Shown: positions 1-9,707 of the stretch, one piece after another | How positions within the stretch are numbered: the stretch's first letter is position 1 | Layout of the letters: every line of letters begins with the position of its first letter | Assembly: GCA_963702475.1 (NCBI GenBank) | Contig: CAVPCT010000004.1 | Coordinates: 160,001-224,000 of the forward strand | Origin: an uncultured Thermoleophilia bacterium | GTDB taxonomy: Bacteria > Actinomycetota > Thermoleophilia > UBA2241 | Direction: 5' to 3' | Length of the DNA: 64,000 nt | Notes under the pieces: model-generated | Databases searched by the model: none | Told to the model about the DNA's origin: nothing | Seen by the model: only the letters and a program-made list of their open reading frames with translations | Made by a program: the position numbers and the translations under genes

Positions 1-408
1 CGGCTTGAGCTTCACCGTGAACTCGGTGCCGTCGCCGCCAGGCTCCAGCGACTCGGCCAGCGCCATGCCGAGCGTGCCCGTGTTGTCGAACGCGAGCAGC
101 GAGTCGTAGAGGTTGAAGCGGAAGTTGAGAGCGGGGCTGCTGAGGGCCGGGGTATGAGCGTCCAGGTCCTCCTTGGCCGTGCCGGCCGAGGTGGCCACGC
201 GCAGGTGGCCGCCGGTCTTCGGCCCGGAGGCGGCCGAACCGCTGGCCGCCGGGCTCGCGCTGGAGCCCGACTCCTCGCTCGAGCCGCACGCCGCGGCGGC
301 GGATCCGAGGGCCGCGGCCGCGCCCAGGGCGGCTGCCCCCTGCAGCACCTGGCGCCGGGTCACCGGCTTGTGAAGAACGCCGTTCTTCTCGTCGTCTCGT
401 GTGCTCAT
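1..408 (-). CDS. ABC transporter substrate-binding lipoprotein (family 5, peptide/nickel type) with Tat signal; runs off the window edge
   Basis: Manual translation from ATG 408: MSTRDDEKNGVLHKPVTRRQVLQGAAALGAAAALGSAAAACGS...PKTGGHLRVA...NLYDSLLAFD...LAESLEP...FTVKLKP. Shows a twin-arginine motif, a lipobox Cys and the SBP family 5 N-terminus. Confidence 0.85.
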   Translation of the reverse strand, partial: MSTRDDEKNGVLHKPVTRRQVLQGAAALGAAAALGSAAAACGSSEESGSSASPAASGSAASGPKTGGHLRVATSAGTAKEDLDAHTPALSSPALNFRFNLYDSLLAFDNTGTLGMALAESLEPGGDGTEFTVKLKP

Positions 409-545
409 TCGTTCCCCCTGGGTCTCGATCTGCGGATCTCTTACACGTGCACTGGACACCAACTCGTGCGGCGGCCCCCGCTTCCTGCGGGGCTCAATCT
501 ACGTGCGCGACTGCCGCCCGACAAGGCCCGCGCGCGTTCTGTCTG

Positions 546-1934
546 TCACCAGAGACTCCGGCCGCGCAGAAGACGTGCGATGCGGGCGGCCGCCTCGCGC
601 ACGTCCGCGACGTCGTCGAAGCCCCAGACCAACGATACGAAGTCATCGAGCGCGGGCGACGGCATCAGGTGCCGCAACAGCCACCTCGCCTTGCGCTCCA
701 TGCGTCCCCGGTCCCACAGCGCCGCTTCCCGCTCGTAGACCACGTGCTCCACCAGACCCGATGCCAGGATGCGTCCGTCCGTGAGCTCGATGGTCACCCG
801 CGCTGCGTCCATGCCGTCCGGGTCGCCGTTCTCGGACCTCAGGTAGGCCGCTTCGAGCGAGTCGTCGCACACGCACTCGACCTTCGCCGCCAGTGCGTGG
901 ATCGCCGCATCGGCGGTACGCTCGTCCGAGACCTGCTCCGTCGCCACCTCGCCGTCCACCAGCAGCGCCGCGATGGGCCACGCGATGCTGAACTGCGCCT
1001 CCTCGGTGGTCTCGGGGTGCACCACCCTCAGCTGCAGGGCGTCGGGATACGTCTGGACGACGACGCGCTTCACCCGCGACGCGTCGAACTCGTGCGCGGC
1101 GCGAAGTCGCTCCACGGCCAGCAGTGGGGCATGTGCCCAGAGGCAGCAGGCGAAGTCTTTCCAGCTCATGCCGTGTGTCAGGACCCACGTGGAGCCGAGG
1201 TCCGCGACCCACAGCTGGAACTCCTCACGCGCAAGCATGCTGGGGGTCCCGGTGAATCCCCGCGCCGCGAGCTCCGCCGACAGCAGCCCGTTGAGCGCGC
1301 CGATGCCGATGCCGTGCTTGACCATCGCCGGCTCCGCGACGGCCTCCAGCATCGGGAGCGTGGGCGTGTGGTACTCGGCGATGCCGAGCGCGTGCCGGGT
1401 CTGGACGGGGGATAGCCCGAGGAGGCTCGCGGCGATGGCTGCGCAGCCGATGGAGCCCCACGTGCCGCACGCGCGGTACTCCGGCATGTGGACGTGGTGC
1501 CAGCAGCGGCCGGCCCGGAACATCACCTCGTAGCCGACCACGAACGCGGCCAGGAAGGCAGGCCCGTCCGCACCGGTCTTTTCCGCCGCCGCCAACGCCG
1601 CGGCGAGGGCTTGGGCACCGGGATGCCCCCACGTGTACAGGCCGCAGTCGTCGATGTCGTAGGCATTCGCCGCCACTCCGTTCGCGAACGCGGCCCCGAG
1701 CGCCGACACTTTGTCGCCAGCGCCAAGCAGTGTCGCCTCGCCACCCGGAAACAGATCACGGGCGACCGACTCCGCGATGGCGGTGGAGCGCGCCGTGGAG
1801 CCGGCGAGCGCTGCCGCGAGGTCGTCCATGAGACACAGCAGTGCGCGCTCGCGCACATCGTCGGGCACCGCCTGCCACGTCGTTTGCGTTACGAACGCCG
1901 CGAGCGCAGCCTCCCTGTGATCGAGTGGCCTCAC
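546..1934 (-). CDS. MmgE/PrpD family protein
   Basis: AAFANGVAANAYDIDD..GHPGA, FVVGYEV, ALGIAE, KHG.G..ALNG..AELAARGFTG and EAQFSI motifs. Confidence 0.85.
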   Translation of the reverse strand: MRPLDHREAALAAFVTQTTWQAVPDDVRERALLCLMDDLAAALAGSTARSTAIAESVARDLFPGGEATLLGAGDKVSALGAAFANGVAANAYDIDDCGLYTWGHPGAQALAAALAAAEKTGADGPAFLAAFVVGYEVMFRAGRCWHHVHMPEYRACGTWGSIGCAAIAASLLGLSPVQTRHALGIAEYHTPTLPMLEAVAEPAMVKHGIGIGALNGLLSAELAARGFTGTPSMLAREEFQLWVADLGSTWVLTHGMSWKDFACCLWAHAPLLAVERLRAAHEFDASRVKRVVVQTYPDALQLRVVHPETTEEAQFSIAWPIAALLVDGEVATEQVSDERTADAAIHALAAKVECVCDDSLEAAYLRSENGDPDGMDAARVTIELTDGRILASGLVEHVVYEREAALWDRGRMERKARWLLRHLMPSPALDDFVSLVWGFDDVADVREAAARIARLLRGRSLW

Positions 1935-1945
1935 CGCCGCACCAG

Positions 1946-3148
1946 TCAGTCCGCCCAGCGGATCCGCGCGGCGTACTCTTCCGATGCGGCGCGCATGTCG
2001 CGGTAGAACGCGGTGATCTCCTCAGGCGAGACCCGGCCGTCGGGCACGATCTGGCAGTACGGGATAGCGACCACGTCCGGGGCGAAGGTGTCGCAGACTG
2101 TGCGGAACTCCGCGAGCTGCTGATCGAGCGGGACGCCGCGCTCCCACATCACCTCGAGGTGACCGCGACGCCCGCGCGCCTCCTCCGCCTTCGGGCCGAG
2201 CTCCTCCTTCAGCGCCGCGAAGTCGGCGTGGCTGAAGCGGAAGGAGCAGTTGTGGCCCACGACGAAGGGCCTCTCGCGCAGGTAGAGGCGCACCGCCGGG
2301 TTGGGACCGCACACGTGCAGCAGGCCGTCCCCGAGATGTTCGAAGAGACGGTCGGTGTAGGGCTGGTCGAACCGCTCGAAGACCGACGGGCTCAGGAGGC
2401 TCGCGATGTCGTCGGTCAGCAGGACCTTCGCCTCTTCGGGCCGCCAGGTCGGCCAGTTGCCTCTGGCGGCCAGGCGGCTCGGGTCGCTCACGGTGGCGAG
2501 CACCGCGTCCTGCACTGCGAGCTGCGTGCGCAGCACGACCTCGCAGGCCTGGTGGATCGCGTCCGGCCAGCGCTTGAGGGCGACGAAGAAGAGCGTCTGG
2601 TCCATGAGCTCCATGACGTCGCCGAGCGGCGACGTGACGTCCACACCGCCGAGCGCGACCTCCGGAGGAAAGCACCGCGCCGCGATCTCCAGGCGGCTGA
2701 GCGCCTCAGGCAGGACGCCGTCGCGGCGCGGGTCGCCCTCGCGGAGCTCGGCGAGCTCGTCGATCTTCGTCGCGAGCGGCCGCCTCACACCGGGGAACGC
2801 GTTGAGATCGTCCGACCACCAGAGCTCCGCTCCCAGCATCTTGGGCACCGTGTAGAACCCCAGCCACGGTGGCTCGGCCAGGGGGATGTAGTCGTCCGGC
2901 AGCAGCTCCAGAGACCACTCGATGCGGCGGACCGCCGAGGTGAACCATGCCTCCGTCTCGAGCTGGCTCTCCCGCACGGTGACCCCGCAGGCCGGGCTGA
3001 AGTCCACCTGGATGGGGATGTGGTCGACGGGCTGGTAGCGCCACACGCGGCGCAGGAGCTCCTTGCGAGCCTCCACGGTCGCAGGGTCGATCGCGAACGT
3101 CCGCGGCTCGATCTCGAGCCTCCCCGCGGTGGGGTCCATGATCGTCAT
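1946..3148 (-). CDS. Uroporphyrinogen decarboxylase / MtaA-CmuA family protein (possible methylcobamide methyltransferase)
   Basis: D..SPLG...LM, LTDDIASLLSPSVFERFDQPY...F...G.LHVCG motifs; lies in an mttB operon. Confidence 0.7.
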   Translation of the reverse strand: MTIMDPTAGRLEIEPRTFAIDPATVEARKELLRRVWRYQPVDHIPIQVDFSPACGVTVRESQLETEAWFTSAVRRIEWSLELLPDDYIPLAEPPWLGFYTVPKMLGAELWWSDDLNAFPGVRRPLATKIDELAELREGDPRRDGVLPEALSRLEIAARCFPPEVALGGVDVTSPLGDVMELMDQTLFFVALKRWPDAIHQACEVVLRTQLAVQDAVLATVSDPSRLAARGNWPTWRPEEAKVLLTDDIASLLSPSVFERFDQPYTDRLFEHLGDGLLHVCGPNPAVRLYLRERPFVVGHNCSFRFSHADFAALKEELGPKAEEARGRRGHLEVMWERGVPLDQQLAEFRTVCDTFAPDVVAIPYCQIVPDGRVSPEEITAFYRDMRAASEEYAARIRWAD

Positions 3149-3173
3149 CGCCTCCCCCAGAGCTCCCCGGCGG

Positions 3174-5285
3174 TCAGGCCGAGATCCCCGGACCTCCGTC
3201 CGGCCTCTCCACCCGCACCTCCACCGACTTCATCAGCGGGAACCCGCTGACCGGGTCCGGGCGATCGTCGTGGGTCAGCAGATTCACGTTCGCCTGCGCC
3301 CAGCCGTGCGTCACCTGGAGGCTGCCGGGGCGGATCTCGTTGGGCGCCACGACTTTCACCGGCACGTCCACACTGCCGACGCGAGAGGTGATGCGCACGA
3401 GGTCGCCGTCGGCCACGCCGAGCACCGCCGCGTCGTCGGGGTGCACCTCGACCTCGGGGCCGGGGATCGCGGTGAGGAAGCGCGGGATGTTGCGGAAGCG
3501 GCTGTGCATGTACAGCAGCTTGCGCGCGCCCGTGATGAGCACGAACGGGTAGGCGGGGTCCGGCGACGCCACGTAGGCCGGCGAGCGGTACACGGGCAGC
3601 TCGTCGAGCCCGAGCGCGCCGAGGTACGCGGACACGAACTCCACCCTGCCCGACGGCGTGGCGAACTCCGGCTCGTCCTCGTCACCGTGAGGCAGCGGTG
3701 CGTACTCGACGCCCTCGGGGTGCTCGGCGAGCTCCTCGTAGGCGAACCCGGAGGTCTGCAGCAGCCAGCGGTTCAGCGCCGTCTCGTCGTCCCAGGGGAA
3801 GTACTCGCCGGCGCCGAGGCGTGCGGCAAGGTCTCGCCAGAACGAGTACTCGTCCTGTACCCCGGGCAGGCTGATCACCTGGTTGGTCAGCGTGAGCACG
3901 TGGTGCTTGGCGTGCGCGTGCAGCTCGGTGCGTTCAAGGAACGAGGCGGCCGGCAGCACGTAGTCGGCGAGGGCCGCCGTCTCGCTCATGAAGAGGTCGC
4001 GGACCACGAGCAGGTCGAGCGCCTCGAAGGCGGCCTTGACGCGCGTGGTGTTCGCGTTTGTCAGCAGCGGGTTGGCGCCGGTGACGATCATCGCGCGCAG
4101 CGGGTACGGATCGCCGGTGAGGATGGCGTCCAAGGCCGTCATGGTGTGGCACTCCTGCCGCGTCTCGTACAGCACGGGAAAGCGGTCGGCGCCCAGCGGG
4201 CCCAGGTCGCGGAGCGGGAGCTCGTCGTACACGGTCAGCTCCCGCAGCTCAGGCGCGGCGCGGAAGCGGGTCCCGCCGCTCTTGCCGATGGTCCCCAGCA
4301 ACGCGTCGAGCATGGCGACGGAGCGGATGGTGTTGACGCCGTTCTCGTGGTGCTCGAGGCCGTTGCCGGCGTACAGCGCGACACGCGGGGCGGCGGCGGC
4401 GAGGGTGCGGGCCATGGCCCGCAGGGTCGCCGCACCCACGCCCGTCTCGCGCTCGACGACCTCGGGGGTGAAGGCCCGGGCGTACTCGGCCGCCTGCGGG
4501 AAGCCGAGCGTGTGCCGGGCCACGAAGTCCTCGTCGTAGGACCGCGACTCGATGAGCAGGTTGATGATGCCCCACGCGAGGGCGCCGTCGGTGCCGGGGC
4601 GCACGGCCGCGTGGATGTCGGCGCGGCGCGCGATGGCCGAGAGCCTCGGATCGACCACGAGGAGGCTCGCGCCCTTGCGCCGCGCGTCGGTCACGTAGCT
4701 CGTCATATTGGGGTGTGCGTAGGGGAAGTTGGCGCCCCACACTACGACGCAGCGTGCGTTCTCCAGGTCGGGCACCGGCCAGGCGCCGTCCACCAGCGTG
4801 AAGCCCATGTACCGAGCCGTGAAGCACTGCGAGTCGTTGGAGAGGTAGTTGGGGCTGCCGATCGCGTGGATGAACCGTCGTGCGAGCGTCTCCTGCTGGC
4901 CGAACCCGATGGCCTCGCCCTTCCACACGCTGACGCTGCGCTCTCCGTACTGTTCCTGGATCGCCGCGATGCGTGACGCGATCTCGTCGAGGGCCTGCTC
5001 GAGGGGGATCTCCTGCCAGCCGTCGGCGGTCCGCTTGAGCGGCGCAAGCAACCGGTCGGGGTGGTAGACCATGTCGACCGCGGCGCGCGCCTTCACGCAC
5101 AGCCGCCCCCGGTTCCAGGCGTGGTGCTCGTTGGCGCGGATGTCGACGATGCGCCCGCCCTCGAGGTGCGCCTCGATGCCGCAGCGATCGTCGCACATGC
5201 GGCACAGCGTGCGTACGACGCGTCGCTCCGGGCCGGGCCCCTGCGGCGCCGGCCCGGCCTCCGGCCTCTGCGTACCCGGGGCCAT
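3174..5285 (-). CDS. Molybdopterin/tungstopterin-dependent oxidoreductase (DMSO reductase family), cytoplasmic
   Basis: N-terminal TLCRMCDDRC...GRLCVK [4Fe-4S] motif, VVDPR, PGTDGALA, D.FMSETA.LADYVLPAA.FLER, TPSGRVE and a C-terminal molydop-binding domain; no Tat leader. Confidence 0.9.
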   Translation of the reverse strand: MAPGTQRPEAGPAPQGPGPERRVVRTLCRMCDDRCGIEAHLEGGRIVDIRANEHHAWNRGRLCVKARAAVDMVYHPDRLLAPLKRTADGWQEIPLEQALDEIASRIAAIQEQYGERSVSVWKGEAIGFGQQETLARRFIHAIGSPNYLSNDSQCFTARYMGFTLVDGAWPVPDLENARCVVVWGANFPYAHPNMTSYVTDARRKGASLLVVDPRLSAIARRADIHAAVRPGTDGALAWGIINLLIESRSYDEDFVARHTLGFPQAAEYARAFTPEVVERETGVGAATLRAMARTLAAAAPRVALYAGNGLEHHENGVNTIRSVAMLDALLGTIGKSGGTRFRAAPELRELTVYDELPLRDLGPLGADRFPVLYETRQECHTMTALDAILTGDPYPLRAMIVTGANPLLTNANTTRVKAAFEALDLLVVRDLFMSETAALADYVLPAASFLERTELHAHAKHHVLTLTNQVISLPGVQDEYSFWRDLAARLGAGEYFPWDDETALNRWLLQTSGFAYEELAEHPEGVEYAPLPHGDEDEPEFATPSGRVEFVSAYLGALGLDELPVYRSPAYVASPDPAYPFVLITGARKLLYMHSRFRNIPRFLTAIPGPEVEVHPDDAAVLGVADGDLVRITSRVGSVDVPVKVVAPNEIRPGSLQVTHGWAQANVNLLTHDDRPDPVSGFPLMKSVEVRVERPDGGPGISA

Positions 5286-5771
5286 CTAGCCCTCCCCTCG
5301 CCCGGCGCGCGCGAGGCGCCTGAGACTGGCGTCGAGCGCCTCCCGCCGCACCTCTGCCGCATCTTCGGCCTCGACGAACCGCAGGGCCCCGGAGGTGCAG
5401 AACCGCACGCACGCAGGGTCGCCGCCGCACAGGTCGCACTTGCGGCTCACGCCCTCCCCGGCGTCGAAGTGGATGTTGCCGAGGGGGCACGCGAGCAGGC
5501 ACATCTTGCAGCCCGCGCAGCGCGACTCGTCTATCTCGACAGCGCCGGTGTCCAGGTCGCGCGTGATCGCCCCAGCCGGGCAGACCTCCAGGCACCAGGC
5601 CTCGGCGCAGTGCATGCAGGTCAGCGGGATGGCGGCGCTGTCCTCGGCGTAGAAGTTCACGCGGATGAGGGACGACGCGCGATCGAAATCGCCGCCGTGC
5701 TCGAACGCGCAGGCGTACTCGCAGTCGCGGCAGGCCACACACGCGTCCAGGTCGGCGGTGACGATGCGCAT
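5286..5771 (-). CDS. Polyferredoxin, 4x[4Fe-4S] electron-transfer subunit (CooF/HydN/DmsB-like)
   Basis: CVACRDCEYAC, CMHCAEAWCLEVCP, CAGCKMCLLACP and CDLCGGDPACVRFC motifs. Confidence 0.9.
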   Translation of the reverse strand: MRIVTADLDACVACRDCEYACAFEHGGDFDRASSLIRVNFYAEDSAAIPLTCMHCAEAWCLEVCPAGAITRDLDTGAVEIDESRCAGCKMCLLACPLGNIHFDAGEGVSRKCDLCGGDPACVRFCTSGALRFVEAEDAAEVRREALDASLRRLARAGRGEG

Positions 5772-5774
5772 CGT

Positions 5775-7124
5775 TCAGCCTCCTTGCACTCTGCTCAAGA
5801 GCCCGGTGAAGGGCTCGGGGACCCGCCGCCCGGGGACGATCGCCTGAGTGCGTCCCTTCAGGAACGACGAGAACTCGGGCAGCGCCCTGCCCCACCGCAC
5901 GTAGGGCCGCAGGCGGCCGAGGATGACGGCGCCCTCGGCGCCGCCGAGCGCGACCGCCCCGACCGGCAGGCCGTCGCGGCTCACGAGCTTGAAGTACGCG
6001 AGTCCGGGCAGGCCGTCCGTCACCAACACCTCGTCCCCATCAGTGTCCACGAAACGGCCGAGCGAGGCCACCGTCAACCCGAACATCTCAGTGACGTTCA
6101 TGCTGAGGCTGCCGCGGTAGGTGACGGCTGGGGCGGCGGCGGGCGGCGCGGCCGCCGGGTGAGCGCCGGCTCCCGCCGGCGCCGATCCGGCCAGCTCCGC
6201 CACAAGGTTGGCGCCGGCCACCTTGCCCTGCTCCACCGCCGTGGGCCACAGCGCGTGGATCTCCGCGGGCCCGCCCAGAGCGGTCGGCCCGCGGGTGACG
6301 TCGCCGGCCGCGTACACGCCGCCCACGGTGGTGCGCATGGCGGCGTCCACCGGGATGCCCGGCCGGCCCTCCTCGAGCGCCTGCGGCAGCAGCTCGTCAT
6401 TGGGCCGGGCGCCGGTGCCCACGATGACGACGTCCACCGTGAACGGGTCGAGGCCGGCGGCCGCCACCCGGATCCGGCCGTGTTCGTCCTCCAGCGCCTC
6501 CGTCGCGGTGCCGGTGTGCACCGGCACACCGTGCGCCTCGATGGACTGGTGCAGCACCCGCGCCGCGCCCTCGTCGAGCACGCGCGGCATGATGCGCTCG
6601 TCCAGCTCCACCACCGCGACCTCCACGCCGCGGGCGCACGCCGCCCAGGCGGCCTGCAGCGCCACGAACCCGGAGCCCAGGACGAGCGCCCGCGCCCCCG
6701 GCCGCAGCAGCGACTCCAGCCCGAGGGCATCGTCCAGCGTCCACAGGCTGCGCACGGCCGGGTGCTCGATGCCGGGGATGGGCGGCCTCGCCGGCCGCGA
6801 TCCGGTCGCCAGCAGCAGGCGCTCGAACCCGATCCGGCGCCCGCCGGCGAGCGCCAGCTCGCGGGCGCCGGCGTCCACGCCCTCGACGCGCACGCCGGAG
6901 AGCAGCTCCGCGCCCATGCGCTCGTAGTACTCCGGCCCGCGGATGACGAGGCCCTCCCGCGAGACCTTGCCGCGCAAGTAGTACGGCAGCAGCACGCGCG
7001 AGTACGCAGGACCCGGCTCGGCGCTCACCATCGTCACCGGGGTGACGCGGTCGTGGCGCCGGAACGCCTCCAGCGCGCTCAGCGCCGCGGCGCTGTTGCC
7101 GATGATGACGAGAGGCGCGCTCAC
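5775..7124 (-). CDS. FAD-dependent pyridine nucleotide-disulfide oxidoreductase family protein
   Basis: VIIGNSAAALSA, YSR.LLPY, LLLATGS, VLGSGFV, GVYAAGDV and A.EQGK.AG.N motifs; GTG start at 7124 inferred. Confidence 0.85.
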   Translation of the reverse strand: MSAPLVIIGNSAAALSALEAFRRHDRVTPVTMVSAEPGPAYSRVLLPYYLRGKVSREGLVIRGPEYYERMGAELLSGVRVEGVDAGARELALAGGRRIGFERLLLATGSRPARPPIPGIEHPAVRSLWTLDDALGLESLLRPGARALVLGSGFVALQAAWAACARGVEVAVVELDERIMPRVLDEGAARVLHQSIEAHGVPVHTGTATEALEDEHGRIRVAAAGLDPFTVDVVIVGTGARPNDELLPQALEEGRPGIPVDAAMRTTVGGVYAAGDVTRGPTALGGPAEIHALWPTAVEQGKVAGANLVAELAGSAPAGAGAHPAAAPPAAAPAVTYRGSLSMNVTEMFGLTVASLGRFVDTDGDEVLVTDGLPGLAYFKLVSRDGLPVGAVALGGAEGAVILGRLRPYVRWGRALPEFSSFLKGRTQAIVPGRRVPEPFTGLLSRVQGG

Positions 7125-7146
7125 GACGCTCTCCGGCCGGGCGGGC

Positions 7147-8610
7147 TCATCGGAGCGCGGCCCCCGTCGCAGCCGCGTACGCCGCCACCAGCCTGTCGGA
7201 CGCCGCCACGACACCTTCGGGCGGCGGCGGCACCTCGTGCGAGGCCAGCAGGGCAAGCGCCTTGCGCCGAGCCCTCTCGGCCAGGTCGGGCGCTCCGGCC
7301 GCGGTCCAGTTCTCGCGGCTGTCGCGGTTCAGCAGCGTCGGGCGCCACTGCACCTCCCGCATGTGGCGCCGCGTGTGCTTGCTGCCCAGGAACTGGCCGC
7401 CCGGCCCCACCTGGGCGATCGCGTCCAGGGCCAGCGTCTCCTCGTCCACCTGCACCCCGGCGACCAGCCGCCGGTTGGCGGCGATGAACTCGTCCAGCAT
7501 CACGATCGCCTCGAGCGAGCAGGTGAGGCCGAAGTCCAGGTAGCCGACGTCGTGGGCGAGATTGGAGCCGGCCAACATGGCCAGCAGCGTCATCTGGTTC
7601 GCCTCCATACCCATCTGCGCGTCGGGCAGCTGGCTGTCGCTGGTGCCGGCGTTGCCCCAGTTGGGCAGGCCGAGCCACTTCGCCATCTCCACGGCGCACA
7701 TATAGCCGAGCTGGTAGCCGAGGTCGTTGTACGACGACTGCGCTGTGGCGATGTCGAGCACGGCGGAACCCATCCCGAACAGGAACGGCGCGCCCGGCGT
7801 GCGCAGCTGGTGGACGACGAGCCCGAACAGGCACTCGGCGATGCCCAGGGCCGTGTGGCCGGCGACGGTGATGGGCGCCGTGGCCCCCGCCAGCGGCGCC
7901 GGCGAGTAGTTGGTCGGCACGCCGGCGTCGGCGCACAGCAGGAGCTTCTCGACGCTGTCGCGGGGGTGTGTCAGCGGGCTGGTCGGCTCGTTGTACATGA
8001 GGAAGTACGGCTTGGCGCGAAGCTCGCCCAGGCCTCCGCGCAGGACGCGCGCGATCTCGATCATCACGGCCAGGTCGCGCTCGTTCTCGGCCGTCATCAC
8101 CAGCGGCTTCGTGGTGTTCTGCAGCATCGCGACGAAGCTCAGCAGGTACGACAGGTGCGGGTCCTGGTCCGTCGGATGCGCGGAGCTCATGACGAAGTCG
8201 ATGTTGGGGAGCGCGTCGCACAGCCGAGCCGCGCGCCGCACGTCTTCGAGCACGCTGGGGCGGTGCTCGCCGGTCTCCAGGTCGTAGGTGGACATGAGGT
8301 CCGAGCCCGTGCCGAAGTAGCTGTTGTAGCCGCCGAGCTCCATGGCCGGCTCGCCGCCGCGGTCGTAGGCCGTGATGACCGGCGGCGCGGTCTCCCGCGC
8401 GCGCTCGACGAGCTCGCGCGGTATCAGAACGTGTCCGGCCGGCGTCAGAACCGCGCCGCTGTCCAGCAGCATAGTCCGCGCGCCGTCGTGGTTGAGCTGC
8501 ATGCCGACCGCGCCGAGGATCTCGAGCGCGGCGTCGTAGAGGTCCTGCTTCGCCTGCTCGCTGAGAAAGCTCAGGTGACCGATACCGGAGGCGTTGTGAA
8601 GGTGCTTCAC
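7147..8610 (-). CDS. Trimethylamine methyltransferase (MttB) family protein, non-pyrrolysine
   Basis: FGTGSD, SPL.H, PAPLAGATAPITVAG, GAPFLFG, LGLPNWGNAGTSDSQLPDAQ and VGPGGQFLGSKHT motifs; GTG start at 8610 with AGGAG RBS. Confidence 0.9.
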   Translation of the reverse strand: MKHLHNASGIGHLSFLSEQAKQDLYDAALEILGAVGMQLNHDGARTMLLDSGAVLTPAGHVLIPRELVERARETAPPVITAYDRGGEPAMELGGYNSYFGTGSDLMSTYDLETGEHRPSVLEDVRRAARLCDALPNIDFVMSSAHPTDQDPHLSYLLSFVAMLQNTTKPLVMTAENERDLAVMIEIARVLRGGLGELRAKPYFLMYNEPTSPLTHPRDSVEKLLLCADAGVPTNYSPAPLAGATAPITVAGHTALGIAECLFGLVVHQLRTPGAPFLFGMGSAVLDIATAQSSYNDLGYQLGYMCAVEMAKWLGLPNWGNAGTSDSQLPDAQMGMEANQMTLLAMLAGSNLAHDVGYLDFGLTCSLEAIVMLDEFIAANRRLVAGVQVDEETLALDAIAQVGPGGQFLGSKHTRRHMREVQWRPTLLNRDSRENWTAAGAPDLAERARRKALALLASHEVPPPPEGVVAASDRLVAAYAAATGAALR

Positions 8611-8828
8611 GGGCGTGCTCCTGACCGTCGTGGCCCGTCGCGGCCGCGACGGCTGTCCTGTGCCCGACACGAGCACGTCACGCCGCGGAGCGCCTGGCGG
8701 CGCCGCGGCGCGGGTGACATCGCCAGTAACACGCGACCGATTGTCCGGGGGCGCCACGGCGCCGGTCAAGTGCGGCGGGGTCTCCGTTCTCGAATGCTGG
8801 ACAGAACGAGGCCGCGGGACCGCACGAG

Positions 8829-9506
8829 CTACGCGCGGCGCCGCAGCTCGAAGAAGAGGCTGGACGCGTCGACCTCCACGGTCTCCATGTCCGCATCCAG
8901 CCCGCGCAGCGCTTCCTCCATGGCCGGGGACGACACGGTGCCGGCGGCGAACCCGTCCTCGCAGACGATCACGCCGTCGCCCGTCTTCGCCTCGTCGATC
9001 GGCCCGATCAGTCCCGCGTCCGCCTGGGCGCGGAACCAGGCCAGCCGCTCGTCCCAGAAGCCCTCGCTGTAGGTCGAGAGAAGCGCCCGGCCGCCGGGGC
9101 GGGTCACGCGCAGCAGCTCCGCCGCCAGCACGTGCAGGTCGACGTGGAAGGCCGACACTCCGTTCTGGATGCAGGCCACCACGTCGAAGGAGCCGTCCGT
9201 GAACGCCAGATCGGTGGCGTCCATGCGCGCGAAGAGGCAGTTAGGCACACCGGCGAGCTCGATGGCCGCCACCGCCAGGCTCGCCGCCGAGGTGTCGACG
9301 CCGACCACGAAGCGCGCCGCCCCGGCGAAGGTCGGTACGGCCCGGCCGTAGCCACAGCCGGCGTCGAGCAGGACGTCCCCCGAAGCCACTCGTGAGATCA
9401 CGTGGCCGATCTCGGCATCCAGGTACTGCCGCACGCGCGGCGACGCGATCTCGTAGCAGCGCCGCAGCGACGATGCACTCAGGCGGCGGTCGTAGTACCC
9501 GGTCAT
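8829..9506 (-). CDS. Class I SAM-dependent methyltransferase
   Basis: VLLDAGCGYGR motif I, VVGVDTS, MDATDL.F.DGSFDVV and LLRVTRPGGR. Confidence 0.85.
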   Translation of the reverse strand: MTGYYDRRLSASSLRRCYEIASPRVRQYLDAEIGHVISRVASGDVLLDAGCGYGRAVPTFAGAARFVVGVDTSAASLAVAAIELAGVPNCLFARMDATDLAFTDGSFDVVACIQNGVSAFHVDLHVLAAELLRVTRPGGRALLSTYSEGFWDERLAWFRAQADAGLIGPIDEAKTGDGVIVCEDGFAAGTVSSPAMEEALRGLDADMETVEVDASSLFFELRRRA

Positions 9507-9707
9507 CGCGCCCTCCCTCCGATCGGCGGCCGTTGCTCGCCGAGCGTACCCCACACAGACGCCGGCCGCGTATCCTTGTCGTCCAGTCGGTGGGACGGTC
9601 GCCGGCCCCGCTTGAATCGCCCGCCGCCTCAGCTAGAGTCCGGTCCTTGGGGGCGGCTGTGCTGTGCCGTCGCTCCACCCAGCTCGGAACCATCGGAAGG
9701 AGCATTC

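Noticed and set aside
3174-5285. Selenocysteine in the molybdoenzyme
   Set aside because: The frame is fully open, with no in-frame TGA.
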